NCBI RefSeq assembly: GCF_021028975.2
Contig: NC_059438.1
Coordinates: forward strand, 15,376,001-15,440,000
DNA: 64,000 bases
Source of the DNA: Sphaerodactylus townsendi
Lineage: Eukaryota
Direction of reading: 5' to 3'
The position numbers and the translations under genes were made by a program. The notes beneath the pieces were generated by a model that ran no database searches, was not told the DNA's origin, and worked only from the letters and a program-made list of their open reading frames with translations. Below are positions 38,881 to 51,700 of the stretch, one piece after another. Within the stretch, counting starts at the first letter, position 1. Each line of letters begins with the position of its first letter.

Positions 38881-40479
38881 GAAGGACCAGATCTCCATCA
38901 AATGATGTGTTCCCAGAAGCTAGGAGGGCCCTGACTCTGCTGCATCTTTTTTTTACTACCCAAATCTGAGGGCTGACAATATAAATCATTCTCAGCTATT
39001 GGTCGTTATTATTATCTCTATTTCCAATAAAGCAGCAACATGATACACCTTAGTGACCACTGAGTAATAAGGATGTTTTTCTTGGAATTCAAAGAATCTT
39101 GGTCCTTCAAGAACGAATTAAATTCCAGATCCGGTAATTTAGGAGAGTGGTATGGTTATTTTGGGCCCCATCGAATCACTGAATATGCCAGGAACAGCTA
39201 AAGCTTCATTAGCAGCGGTTGTAATTTGGGTCCACACACACACTCTGGCAGTGTGACCTTTTTGTTGGGTTTCCTGCAGGAAGCCAAATCATGCAATAGC
39301 TGCCAGGGAGATTTAATGTTTAGAAAAGGAAAAGCAAGGATTTTTAGGAGGCTGGTGTTACTTCTCTATTTGAGTTCCTAAAAGGAGCAGAGTTTTGTTT
39401 ATTTACAGTCCATCTTTCCGCCTGAAACTCAAGGCAGGTTTACAAAGGAAGAAAGCAATTCAATCAACGTTTTTAAAAATCCAGTAAACAACTCCAGTAG
39501 GATTATAGAATCAGAAAACAATGCAGATAAAACATCTACATCATCACATACCTTGATGCAGGAAGAGGATTACAAAGTTAGAGGATAATGAGGTAAAAGC
39601 GAAGTGATACATACAACCAATACTGCAGGAGATCACAAACCTATTCCTTTACAGATAAGTCCAGAGTTGTATCATTATACCATCATTTTAATCCCTTTAC
39701 AAACATGCATTATTATTTTGCTCATTTGGCAAAATGATTGGGGAAGGTGCCCCAATGTAGTTTAAATGAGGATCGGAGAATTAAAGAGCCTCAACATAGC
39801 TTTTAGACCAGTCCAAATCCAGCAGTCCAACCCTTTGTTTCTGTATGTCTCTTCCAGTTCTGTCTACAAGCCAAACACAAAGGTGTGAATAGCTTTGTAT
39901 TGGGGTTATCTGAAATCATATTTCTGAAATTAGGGTGGCAAGTCTTCAGGTGGGGCTGAAGTTCTCCCAGAATTACAGCGGATCTCCAAGCTGTGCAAAT
40001 CAGTTTGCCTGAAAAAAATGACAGATTTGAGGGGAAGGCTCTATGGTATACCATAGTATCTAGAAGAAGTTCTGGATAACAAGACATCCCTGCTGAGTTC
40101 TGTCCCCTCCCCAAACTTTACCTGCTCTGGATACTGTTCCCAAATCTCCAGGTGTTTCCCGACCTGGAAGTAGCAACCCTAGTTGGATCTCTAATGCAAT
40201 GTAATAGGTAAAGGTGCAATTTGTTTTTATTCTTTTTCTTATATATATATATATATATGTATACTCACACACACACACACCACTTATATATATAAGACGT
40301 TTTGGCAATTAGTGTGATTGGAGCTAAGACTAAGAGCGTGATCGCTAAAATTTCCAAACTGCCATGGTTTCCCAAATTTGAGATATTTTGCAGAATTACA
40401 CCTCGCAGCTTCTGATATGGATATAAGGACTGATGGGTCTTATTATTAATGTGCCTAAAAAACCGGCAACTCTGTACTG

Positions 40480-41200
40480 TCGGAAATTTTCTTGGCACCT
40501 AAAGCGCCACTGAACTCAGATATTGATCAATTAATACCTGGGAGGCCTTTGGCGTTGCCATGGCAGCCAGGTATGCCAGGCTAAGCCGCGCTTCCCCTCC
40601 GCCCAGCCGGCAGCGCTGTACGAGGAGGCCTGCCTGATGGATGGATTAATGGATCTCCGTTCTTATTTGGATCCACAGCATGGACTGGATTGGGGGGGAA
40701 AAAAAACTATACCGTTTGAAATGTTCTCGGCACATAAAATGCTACTGAACTCAAGGTATTGTTCCATTAAATAATGCCCGGGCGGCCTGGGCGTTGCCAT
40801 GGCAACCAGGTAGGCCAGGCTAGGCCGCGCTTCGCCTCAGGCCCAGCCGGCGGCGCTGTACGAGGAGGCCTTGCCGGACGGAGGATGAGCCCGTCCGCGC
40901 GGAAGAGGAGGAGCCGGGGAGGGGCGTCCGTGTTTGCCTTCCTCTCCCACAGCTCGGCCTCTCTACAATTGCGAACTGCCGCGGCCGTTCGGGAAGCGCG
41001 GAAAAGACCGCGGGGAAGGAAGCTCCGCGGAGCCGCGGCCTCGAGTGGCGAAGCTCGCTGGTGGACGACGGCGAACCGGGGAGGACGTCGCTTAGGTGAT
41101 CCGTATATTTGCGGTGGGGGGTCGGGGGGATAACGTCGGTGTGTAAAGTAGGGTCAGCTGCCAGGCGCCGTCGAAGGGGGGAGCGGCCTTCCTTTCCTCG
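40480..41200 (+). promoter_or_regulatory. CpG island, likely promoter and non-coding first exon of the NCOA5-like gene; two RFX X-boxes
   Basis: CpG-rich 40770-41200; GTTGCCATGGCAAC at 40793-40806 and GTTGCCATGGCAGC at 40554-40567; candidate donor ag|gtgatc at about 41096. Confidence 0.65.
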
Positions 41201-41502
41201 TGTCCCCCCCCCCTCCCAACCCTACAGCATTCCACGTTTATCTACTAGCAGTTTCCCTGTTTATACAAGTAATTTTCTTGGTTTGTTTTTGGTAATATAT
41301 TCATCCAGAAACAAAAGTGCAGAAACGTAACAGAGAAGGAACCACTCTGCCCGGGACATCCTAATATAATCGTGCAAAATCTCTGGATCCCAATGGGGCG
41401 TTCCTGATATGATCACAGCAACATCAGCAGTTCCTGTAGTTGCTGGGATATTGTAGAAGGGCGCAGCCTTAAAAATAGAGTCCCTGCCCTTGTTTTCCCT
41501 TA

Positions 41503-41630
41503 NNNNNNNNNNNNNNNNNNNNNNNNNNNNNNNNNNNNNNNNNNNNNNNNNNNNNNNNNNNNNNNNNNNNNNNNNNNNNNNNNNNNNNNNNNNNNNNNNN
41601 NNNNNNNNNNNNNNNNNNNNNNNNNNNNNN
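41503..41630. other. Assembly gap (128 N)
   Basis: Run of N. Confidence 1.
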
Positions 41631-41639
41631 TACCTCTTC

Positions 41640-42150
41640 CCCGAGGGGCTAAAGTGACTTCCAACAAGCTTTGTTCTCAAACCTTAGCTCCAACAACATA
41701 ACTTAACACATTTAAAATCCAGCGGCAATCGCCTTCAATTTAAACAGTAAGACGATAGACTAATGCAAAGCGGTAAAACGGGCAGGCTGATCCTAAGGCT
41801 AAAAGAGGGAGAAGTGAGTAATAGAAAAAAGAAAAAGGGAGGGAGCAGGCGGGCCCAGATGGAATCAACAGTGGGCCCGACCAAAATAACAAGGGATGGA
41901 GAATGGCAGCCTCAGTTTTGACTCCGATGTTTCAGTGGGGGGGCAATAAAACCGCGGCCAGCCTCTCCAAAGGCCCGGTGGAATATTCATTTTGCGAAGG
42001 CCCTGCGGAACTTCATGAAGGTCCCGCAGTTGAACTGCTGATGGGAGGTAGAGCATTCCACCAGGCAGGGGTAGAAACGTAAAGGCTGGCCAGCCCGGGT
42101 CGAGGCTCCAGCATCGATGATGGGGCCGGGGGTCACCAGCAGTTCTGCCA
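41640..42150 (-). mobile_element. L2-like LINE 3' fragment
   Basis: Shares motifs with 50195-50640 (aaaggcccggtggaa, gcattccaccaggc). Confidence 0.55.
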
Positions 42151-44301
42151 CCGCTGATGCATAACGGTGGGGGGGGGGGGGACCAGAAGTATTACAACAA
42201 TTGTTTAATGTATTCTCCTCTCCCCTCCCCTAACTTCTTAAGGGAAAACGTGCCCCACCTCTGAGACGTAATGGTGTGGGAATGGGTAGGCGAAGAGTTT
42301 TCATGGCATGGAGATAAATAAGATCAGAGCATCCCCGGTTGAATAACATGCCATTAAATTTTCTATCGTGGGAGCAGAAATTATTTCCCCTCTTGGTTGC
42401 CGGCAGCCCTGCCGCTTGTGTTTTCTAGCATCCTTTGCAAGTGGAAATGTTTTTCTAGCATTTCTAGAAGCAACGAAAAGGCATTTGTAGAAGCAACAAA
42501 AAAACCCTCCGCTGCTGCAACGTTTTCTCTCTCTGAAATGTACCCTGCGTGCCTTGTCATTTTTGTTCTTGAGTATCCTCCTCAGATGTGTAATTCTGAA
42601 ATAGTGGCTGTTTTATTCTGTCTCGCCACCCGTCACCAAATTGAACAGGAGCCCACTGGTACACTAAAGCTTGCCAAAATGTATTCTTAGCATAAGTTTG
42701 CCTGGATTTGAGCTCACTTCATCGGGCGCATGGATTATATTTCTGTGTAGAAGATACAGTTGTGGCTTTGTATGAAAAATAAGGTCGTTTCAGACTTTGG
42801 CAAAGGGCGAGAGAGAGTTAGAGTTGCTGAAATAGAAAGTGCCACCCCACATGGTAGTTGTTGTCCAGAAACCCCACCCCACTTGGGACCCTATACCCCT
42901 GAAATACTGCAGTATGCAGAATGGCCACTAGATCAAGTCTTTTTGTTATGACTCAGTAAAGTTCTCCATAGCCATCCATCTTCCAAGAAGTCCTCCCTTA
43001 AACCCACCCAAAGTTCAGACCCCAGTATTCCATAGGCCCAACAATATAACCAAGGGAAAACTCTGGCTTTCCCAACAACTGGCTCTTCCCTGATCTCTGG
43101 GGAATCTCAAACCATGATAATTTCTTCCTCCTATCAGATAGGCCAAGTATATTTTATATCCTCCATTTAATCTCCCTTAGATAGCAACATCCCACTCTCT
43201 TTAGAGTAGCTTTCCATAGGACTGGATAGCACACCAGCCTCCTTTGGATATACACAGTACTCTGCTGTTTAGTTTTCATTATGGTCTACCTTTCCCCATT
43301 TATGCTGTTTCTTTAAATAAAAAAAATTGAATTGACTGCTTTTTTGCCTCTTTCCATTTCTGAGAGATACAGGCTTAAAGTTCCAAACAGATAGGAGTTT
43401 GTAAGCGCAAAAAAAGAAGGCTACACCCATGTGCGGGAAACAGTTTGTGTAAAATGCTGTAGAGGTGCAGGATTTCTCTGTGTCTGTTCTTTTCTGTATA
43501 TTAGTAAATTAAGCAAATCGTTAAAAAAATGCTGTCCGTCTGCTGTGTTCTCAGCAGGAAACCAACCCATGTAAATTACAATCCCCAGAGGTTTTCACTG
43601 GTTTAAGAAGTGGAGCATGCATAACAGTATTTATTATTAGCAACCACACATTCTCAAACCGTTCTCTCTTTGCTTTGCCCATGCAGTTGAACGAAGTGAT
43701 AAATCGTACTGCACTGCTTCAGCGTGGACGCTTGAAATGTTTCTTTGCGTAAAAAGAGCTCCATGCAACTAGGTTTAGAAAGTAGCCATATTGATCTGTG
43801 GTAAAACAGCTGTTTTTGAACCCAGTACCACCTTAGAGACCAACAAATTTTTTGAGGTATGAGATGTTGAGAATCAAAGCTGACAAAGAGAGCTTTGACT
43901 GTGGGAAGCTCATGTCCTAATCTTGTTGGTCTCTGAGGTTCCACCGGACTCAGATATAACTGTTCTCCATGCCACTGGAAAGCCAGTGCATGGGGAAGAG
44001 AGGTTCTTTTGCCTCTCTGAGGTAACAGTTTCTCTACCTTAGGGTAGTGTACTTCATTCTCTAGTTATGTGTATGCCAGCTTGGACTGTCCTTGTTGAAC
44101 TGTCTTGCTCCCCCCCACCCCAGCTGTATGTCATCATGTTCAAAACAGCAGGTTGTGATTACATGTTGCGCTTTCTGGGATGTTCCCCTAAGAGACTGTG
44201 ATATTTCTATCTTGTTGGAATGGAAACTGCAAGCTGTTAGTTCCGACTGGATGTCTCTTCTGGATTTTTAACTGTTTGTGTGGCCCAAATTAGGAGTCTT
44301 G

Positions 44302-44562
44302 TGATACGGAGTGGTAAGCTGCAGTATCGCAGCAAAGCTCTGCTCACAACCTGAGTTTGATCCTGACAGAAGTCGGTTTCAAGGTTAACTCAGCTTTCCA
44401 TCTGTAGCCAACTGACATGGAGAAGGCAGTGGCTAACCAGAAGACTGGAGAAGGCAGTGGCTAACCAGCCTGTAAACATAGTCTGCCTAAATACATGTAG
44501 TGATGTGATGTCACCCCATAGGTCAGTAATGGCTTGCATAAGGAACTACATTTACATTTTTA
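44302..44562 (+). mobile_element. Sauria-type SINE
   Basis: tRNA-like head ggagtggtaagctgcagta...gagtttgatcc; tail acatttacatttt. Confidence 0.7.
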
Positions 44563-45772
44563 AGGCCCAAATTAGGTGGAAAGGTGGGGTTTTAATAAAT
44601 TACAGTGGGTCATGAGCAGAGAGGAAAGTAGTTCACTTCTAGGTGCATAAACTTAGCTTTGTACCACAGAGGCATGCAAAAATTAGCAAACAGCTCTAGA
44701 GGAAGAGTCCCTCATGACATGGAATATGATCAGTAGATTTACAGTAAAAATCAAGAGCATCTATTCTAGACTCTAGAGAATGTCTTCCAAGGAAGAACTC
44801 AGCTGGTTCCATTCATATGCTGACTTTGTTTTTGAAACATATACATAGGTACTGCAAGAAGAGACGGGGGTAAGAAGAAATTGTGAGTGAGGGGGAATTT
44901 CCTAGTTTAGGAAAACAGTGGGAGAAGATTTATGATATTACTAAGGGGTAGTTGAACAAAACTGCCTTCATTTTATTTCAGTAGTACAGTATGGACGGAA
45001 CAATGCTTCTGTTCTACTGGTAGCAGATACAGAATTTGCCTAAATAGCCAGGTCCCAAATCGCTAGACCTCAAAAGAGAAATTCACCTTTTCAGTCATCT
45101 CCTGGTAAAAATCATGGGAGATTTATTGAGACATGCCAGTGAAGTCCCTCTGGAACCTTTAATCATCTCTCTGTCTCCTTTTTTTAAAAAAAAAAAAACC
45201 TCTTCTGCAAAAAAGCTGTTCCAGGATGTACATGGACCAGGTCAGGATTTTTTGTGTGGGTGCCCAGTGACCAACCACAACAGCATCGGCTTTGCAAAAA
45301 GGAAAATTAATTTGAAGTCATTGATTACAAAAAGGGAAAAGATATATTAGAGCAAGCTGATATAACTGCAGAGCAACAGAAAAAAGAAAATAAGTGATAG
45401 AGGCACCCTCCTCTCCCAGATGTTAAGAGTTGGCCCATTACGAATAGTTCATTAAGAAAAGAAGCATAATCTTCGTTATCAGATTTTGATGTCCATCTTT
45501 TTGCTGTGTTCCTGGGGATTTTTTCTCCCCCCCCCCCCCATTCTTTTTGTCAGCTAGGCTATTCTTTCTCTCCCACTGCCCATCTCTGAGGGCTGCTCCC
45601 CTAGAAATCTTGGTATTCCGAGCAAGACAAAACATTCAGAGTTGCCTTCCTTTGCCATAACTGTGCAGATAATGACGCAGCAGGGCTCTTAAAACGACTG
45701 CATTTCGACAATACTTTCTCACTTTTATTTCAGCGTATAACGGGCTTTCTCTTTATTCTTTTAGAAATTAAA

Positions 45773-48700
45773 ATGGCTTCGTGGGTCAAGGTAACCACAG
45801 ATCAAGCACCTGCGCCTGTTGCAGAAAAGAGGTAAACGCATGTATTATTCACATTTGTTTTCCTCAGGTAATTTTTTTTAAATCTGGTTTTCGTTAGCAT
45901 TTTATTAACACCAGAAATGAGTTTCACATTGATTTCTACATAGTTCCACTTCTAATAGTTAGCGAAATGCATTTAATTCTTTATTCCCAATGTGGTGGGT
46001 CACTTCATTTAAAAAATAATGTAATGTGTTTATCTTGAATAGACTGAAATTTGTATTTAATGATATGGGGTATATGTCCGTTGGCATCATGGAGTCTGCA
46101 CATAATCCTTTTAAAATATAAATCTTTTATAAGTGGTGGTTTCGATGTACTTTGGCCCATCACTTTCATTGAGTTCTCTTTGTTTCAGCAAAGAGTTTTC
46201 ATTACTGTAAAAGCTTCGTTATGTTGAAACATTAGCACCACAACACATTACATTTGAGTGTTCACATAATATAATGATCCCTGTAAGTACACATACTGAT
46301 TCTAGAACGGCCTTTTCTCATCTGATCAACAACGCTTATAGCGTAATCCTATTCAAAGTTTCTCTGGCTTAATCCCATTGGTTTCATTTGGCTTAGTTTT
46401 GGGTGGGTAGCCATGTTGGTCTACAGCTGAAGATCAGAATCTAAGTTTAGTAGCACCTTAAAGGCCAGCATGATTTCCAGGGTATAAGCTTTTCAGTTCA
46501 GTCTGGGGGAGGGGGGCAGATCCCCCTCAGGAGGTGGCATAGGCTTATGCTGGCGGAAATGCCCTGGCCGGGGCACTCCCATGGAAATGCCCTCCCCAGA
46601 GGAGGGGCTTATCTGCTGGTGCCTGGCCACTGCTGCGCCCTGCAGAGCCCAGCCTCGATTTAGCACTCCCATGCTGCCCCCAGCTGCATCAGTGTGCGGG
46701 CGTTCCAGGGGGTGGGGCTGACCTTAATACGTCTCCAGAGCCTGATTAAGGTCAGCCCCACCCCATGGTCTCCAGAGCCCAATCGGCTCCCATTAACCAG
46801 AGGAATCGCCAGCAGAGATATGCCACAATTTTCATGCATACATATCTCTATTCGCCCCGACGGGGGTTGGGGTGATTTATTTTTTTTACATTTCCTGGTT
46901 TTCTGCACTGCAGGAAAGCCCTTTGGATCAGGAGGAGTGGTGCCGAAGCGGCTAGATTAGGCTGTTTGGGAGTCAAAAGTTCCCTTCACCAGAAAGCGTA
47001 TACCCTGGAAATCTTGCTAGTTTTTAAGGCACACAATCCTCCAGTCTTACTGTTCTTTTTTAAGAAACCTGAATGCCTGAAGCTTCTGGTCCAAGTGGAC
47101 TTTCAAAGCCAGGAAGGGGCTCTGCCTGGCCATTGTGGTCTTCTTCACAGGCCCAGCTTCGGGTTCCCGTGATTTCTGAGACTGGGTGGGTGGCAACTTC
47201 GGAGAGGGCCTTGTTGGACATTGTGCCAGAGCTCTGGAACTCGGTCTCCAGGGAGATTTGCCTGGCCCATTCGGATGCCATCGTCTGCCTTTTTTGTTGT
47301 TGTTTGGTTTTCCCTTCAGTGATTCCTCTTTCCTAACAAAGGTTTTTAAGTTTTGTATTTTAATGCTGTGTTTAATTCGTCTTTTTAATGGTGCATATTG
47401 GGGGGGGGATTGATCTTAATGGTTTTAAAATGTGATTTTATCATGTATGTTTTCAATTATTAACTGCCTCGGTGACCTCGGCTGAAAGGCAGGATGACAA
47501 CTTTTAAAAAAATTATTGATAATAATATGCTCTCTCCACTTCCAGCATGGTGTATATGTTAAGAGCAGGTGCACTCTAATCTGGAGAACTGGGGTTTTTC
47601 CCCCGCTCTGCCGCTTGAGCTGTGGAGGCTTATCTGGTGAACTAGATTAGCTTGTGCACTCCCACACATGCCAGCTGGGTGACCTTGGGCTAGTCACAGT
47701 TCTTTGGAGCTCTCTCAGCCCCACCCACCTCACAGGGTGTTTGTTGTGAAGGGGGAAGGGCAAGGAGATTGTAAGCCCCTTTGAGTCTCCTTACAGGAGA
47801 GAAAGGAGGGATATAAATCCAACTCTTCTTCTTCTCCCTTCTCCTTCTTCTCCTTGTTGAGAAACATCAGAGATAAATAGAAACTACTTCTCCATGAGCA
47901 AGGAAAGATCTCAATGTGCTGGGTTTCCCAAAGTAAAGAAGCTCAGAATAGCCTTCTCAGTTAGCTGCTAGCAACTGGTGTGTTGTGTGGTACCCTGACA
48001 GATTGCAAAGACAGATCTTTGTAAGTAGACTCCTTAAGCAGATTCCTTATCGACTCCCTGCTGCTGTCTAGCATTGGCATGTGGCAAATGACTGTCATTG
48101 TTGTGACATAATTGTTTGCAGCATTGTTTATTCCGATGGGAGTTTGTGTCTTGTTTCCTAGTTGACTTAAATCTCCAGCAAGATCACAGCCCAATTGAGC
48201 ACTTTGGCACTGCAAAGACAACTTGAGGAGGACTGGCTGAATCCCAAGTGGTTCAAGTTGATTGCCACGCTTCCTTCCAGTTCTGTGCTGGACTCCCCAT
48301 CCCCACGAACAGTGACCTTTTTTGGTCCCTGTGCCGCAATACAGAGCATGCCCGTTTGCGTTGTTGGAAGGGTCTGTTTTGGGATTTTTCAGATGTGTTC
48401 ACGACGCTGGTTCGACAGTAGCCTCTCGATGAGTAGGACTGAATCTCGTTTGTTCTTGAGGATAGTTCCGGCAAATGAAGCAAGACCTGGCAGCTGTCTT
48501 CCTTTCGCTGGCTCTGGTTTTTGGCTGATCTTTTCTGGGCTGCACATCTGTCGGCCTCCTTCTCCTCCCACACTTGTACATACCTCAAACCCAGCAGTTC
48601 AAGCAAAATGTACCGTGTTTCCCCGAAAATAAGACAGTGTCTTATATTTTTTGCTCCCAAAGATGCGCTATGTCTTATTTTCAGGGGATGTCTTATTTTT

Positions 48701-51700
48701 CCGCTCCACAGCTGCATGCCCTGGTGTTCTGTTCGACGGGCATGCTTCCAAACAAAAACTTTGCTACGACTTACTTTCGGGGGATGTTTTATATTTAGCA
48801 CTTCAGCAAAACCTCTACTACGTCTTATTTTCAGGGGATGTCTTATTTTCGGGGAAACAGGGTATGTCGAGTGACCTGACTGCCTAGTAGTGAACTTTGT
48901 GGGGAAGAAAGAAGTTAATAGGAACTGATCCCATTAATTTTTTCCCTACCCGTTTGCTTTGGCATGTAAAAAAAATTGCATATGAGTTAGTGGGAGTACA
49001 TCTAATAATTTGTTTACATGGTTTTAGGATACCAGTCCTTCCTGTTGCCTCTCCTTGGTCCTTACTGCTTCTTCTCTTTCTTTATGTGGCATAACGTCTT
49101 AGAGTGTGGTTGGTTTGCGCTCTTGAAAGTCTAGTGTTTTGGGGTTGTTATGTTCAGTTCATTAAGAACATCTGTTTATCTTCCGGGAAGACTGGGATTG
49201 TTTGGTGTTATCATTTCCATGTGCTGTTGTGAGTTCTGAAATGGCTTCCTTTCTCGATGAGCTTTCAAAATTTCATGTATCAAAGGATTTAGGTCAGTGG
49301 TTCTCAACCTGGGGGTCGTGACCCCTTTGGGGGTCAAATGACCCTTTCACAGGGGTCGCCTAAAACTCTCTGCATCAGTGTTCTCCATCTGTAAAATGGA
49401 TAAATGTTAGGGTTGGGGATCACCACAACATGAGGAACTATATTAAAGGGTCGTGGCATTTGGAAGGTTGAGAACCACTGATTTGGGTTTTCTCTGTTAA
49501 AAAAATAGTCCCATTTAAAAAAACAACAACAGTTGTTCAGGGAATTTCTCCTGTAAAGTGATCAGTGTTTAGCACATCATAGCCAGGTAAATTTAGAAGT
49601 TCGAGTACACTGAGGACTTTCATAGGCTAACTTTATCAGTGGTAGTTCTGAGGGGAAGAAAAATCTTTGATATGTTTAATATAGTGATATGTATAGAATT
49701 GTGCCATATATGTGCTGCTGAGTAATTACTTCTGAGCAATATGCCATAGCACAAACATTTACTATCACTATTATTAAATTTATATCCCACCTTTCTGCCT
49801 GCACAAGAATTCCCAAGACGTCTAAAGATTTAAAACACTTGTGATTAAAAAATGTATTTGTACACACTTCCCTGTCTGATAAGAATCTTCTTAGGCAATA
49901 AGTGGATCCTGTTCCGGTCACTTTTTCTGCATAACCAAAATATCTTCCTGGTTTATCCTTTCAGTCTATTATTCCCTCATAAAACATTGCTGACATCCGT
50001 AAGAAGCCAACCTGTAGCACTTTACCATCATATTGATATGGTGGCTGATGCTTGCAGGGCATCTTCTGCACAGAGTAACTGTTGCTTTTTCACTTTGGTT
50101 CCAGACAAAGACCCGGGTGGATTCCACGACTTCTGGAGTAAGTAAATCACAATAGATGCATTTCAGTGGTTAAATTCCTTTCGTTTGTTTGTTTGTTTGT
50201 TTATATATAACATTTAATATACTGCCCCACCCCCGAAGCGCTCTGGGCAGTGTAAAATCAACAATACAACATCATAAAAATGTTAAAACCACAACCCTAA
50301 CAGTTAAAACATCTCAGATGGCAAGCTCTACCTAACTCCCCAGAGGTGGCCACATCCTACTTTCGTATGCACACACATCAGTGGCTGTCTCCCCCAAAGG
50401 CCCGGTGGAACAACTCTCTTTTGCAGGCCCTGCAGAACTGTCCAAGGTCCTGCAGGGCCCAGATCGTCGGAGGCAGACCTTGGACAGTTCCACCAGGCTG
50501 GGGCCAAGGCACTAAAGGCCCTGGCCTGGGTAGAGGCCAGCCGCATCATAGAGGGGCCAGGGACCACCAGCAAATTGGCCTTTGCAGAGAGCAGAGGCCG
50601 TGTGAGGACATAGGGGGAAAGACGTTGCTGGAGTCTTCTTCTCATCTTGTACGTAATTGTTCCCTTCTGTATTCCTTTAGCAAACACAAAAATTATTTCA
50701 ACCTGTTTTTCTGGAAAAGTGTTGCCAAAAATAGCTTTTCACCAAAAAGGTTTATGTTCACAATAATTTTGAAAAATAACATAATCTTTACTTGCAAAAA
50801 AAGTGCCTTCTTCTGTGTTGAGTTATTTGTTGCTCAGAAATCGTTTTAAGTTCTTCAATGAATTCACACATGTGAAGAATTCGCAGTGGGCTGCTGACAA
50901 AAATGACGCCTGAAAAGGCTGACAGTGCAATCCTATGCAGTGTTACTCCAGCGTAACCCCATTGAAATGAACGGGCTTAGGAAGAGGGCAGTGTCTGGTG
51001 TCTTTTGTCTTAGGTTGATGACTGTCCTTCCCTCTGTGCCTCACACTTTCTCTTTCTCAGCGATCTCAAAAGAATTTTCTGCACCCAGTGTGAGGTGCGG
51101 AGAAAGGAGATCTCTTTCGGGTTGGCGAGCTTTGCTAATAGTGAGCAGAGCTGAGAAAACACGTCCCGAAGTCCTCTGTCACTGCTTTGCCAGTGGAAAG
51201 TGAAAGCCCCAGCCTGAACTACCTGAAACAGGATTTGAAATTCCCTGGGGAGAATGTTCTTTATATCATCAAATAAAGAGTTCTACTCTAGTCAAACATA
51301 AGTTCTCTTGGCAGTCATTCTGGTTTTTTTTCTTCTTTTAGTATAAATCCCTACAAAACTGTTCAGAAGAGCTCTTACCCTCCTCCAGACGGGTATTCAA
51401 AGGACTATGAAGATATTAACAGGTCAGAACAGTTTTCCTCAGTACCTATTTAAATTTCAACTTGTCCCCGCTTCCATGGCTCAGGGTAGGCAACTGTCGT
51501 TTGTTCCTTTGAAAGTTTCTGGTAACACCGGGCTTGCTTGGCATAGCCTCTGCTCCCCAAATCGAAACCCATTAAGTCTTGCATCTAAAGGTGGATTTAA
51601 CACACAGCTTGGAAAATTAACCCATGTATGACAGCCAACTCCTAGCAACATATAGCCCTAAATGGTTTCTATTTCATTAATTGTATAGATTCACTGATGA

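Noticed and set aside
41503-41630. N-gap as the hiding place of the missing HEATR3/TENT4B exons
   Set aside because: It is 19 kb from the junction, beyond CNEP1R1; it only shows that the assembly is scaffolded.
44982-45020. Possible extra upstream ATG exon of the NCOA5-like gene (MDGTMLLFY)
   Set aside because: Weak donor and no homology support; 45773 has a good ATG context and a strong donor.
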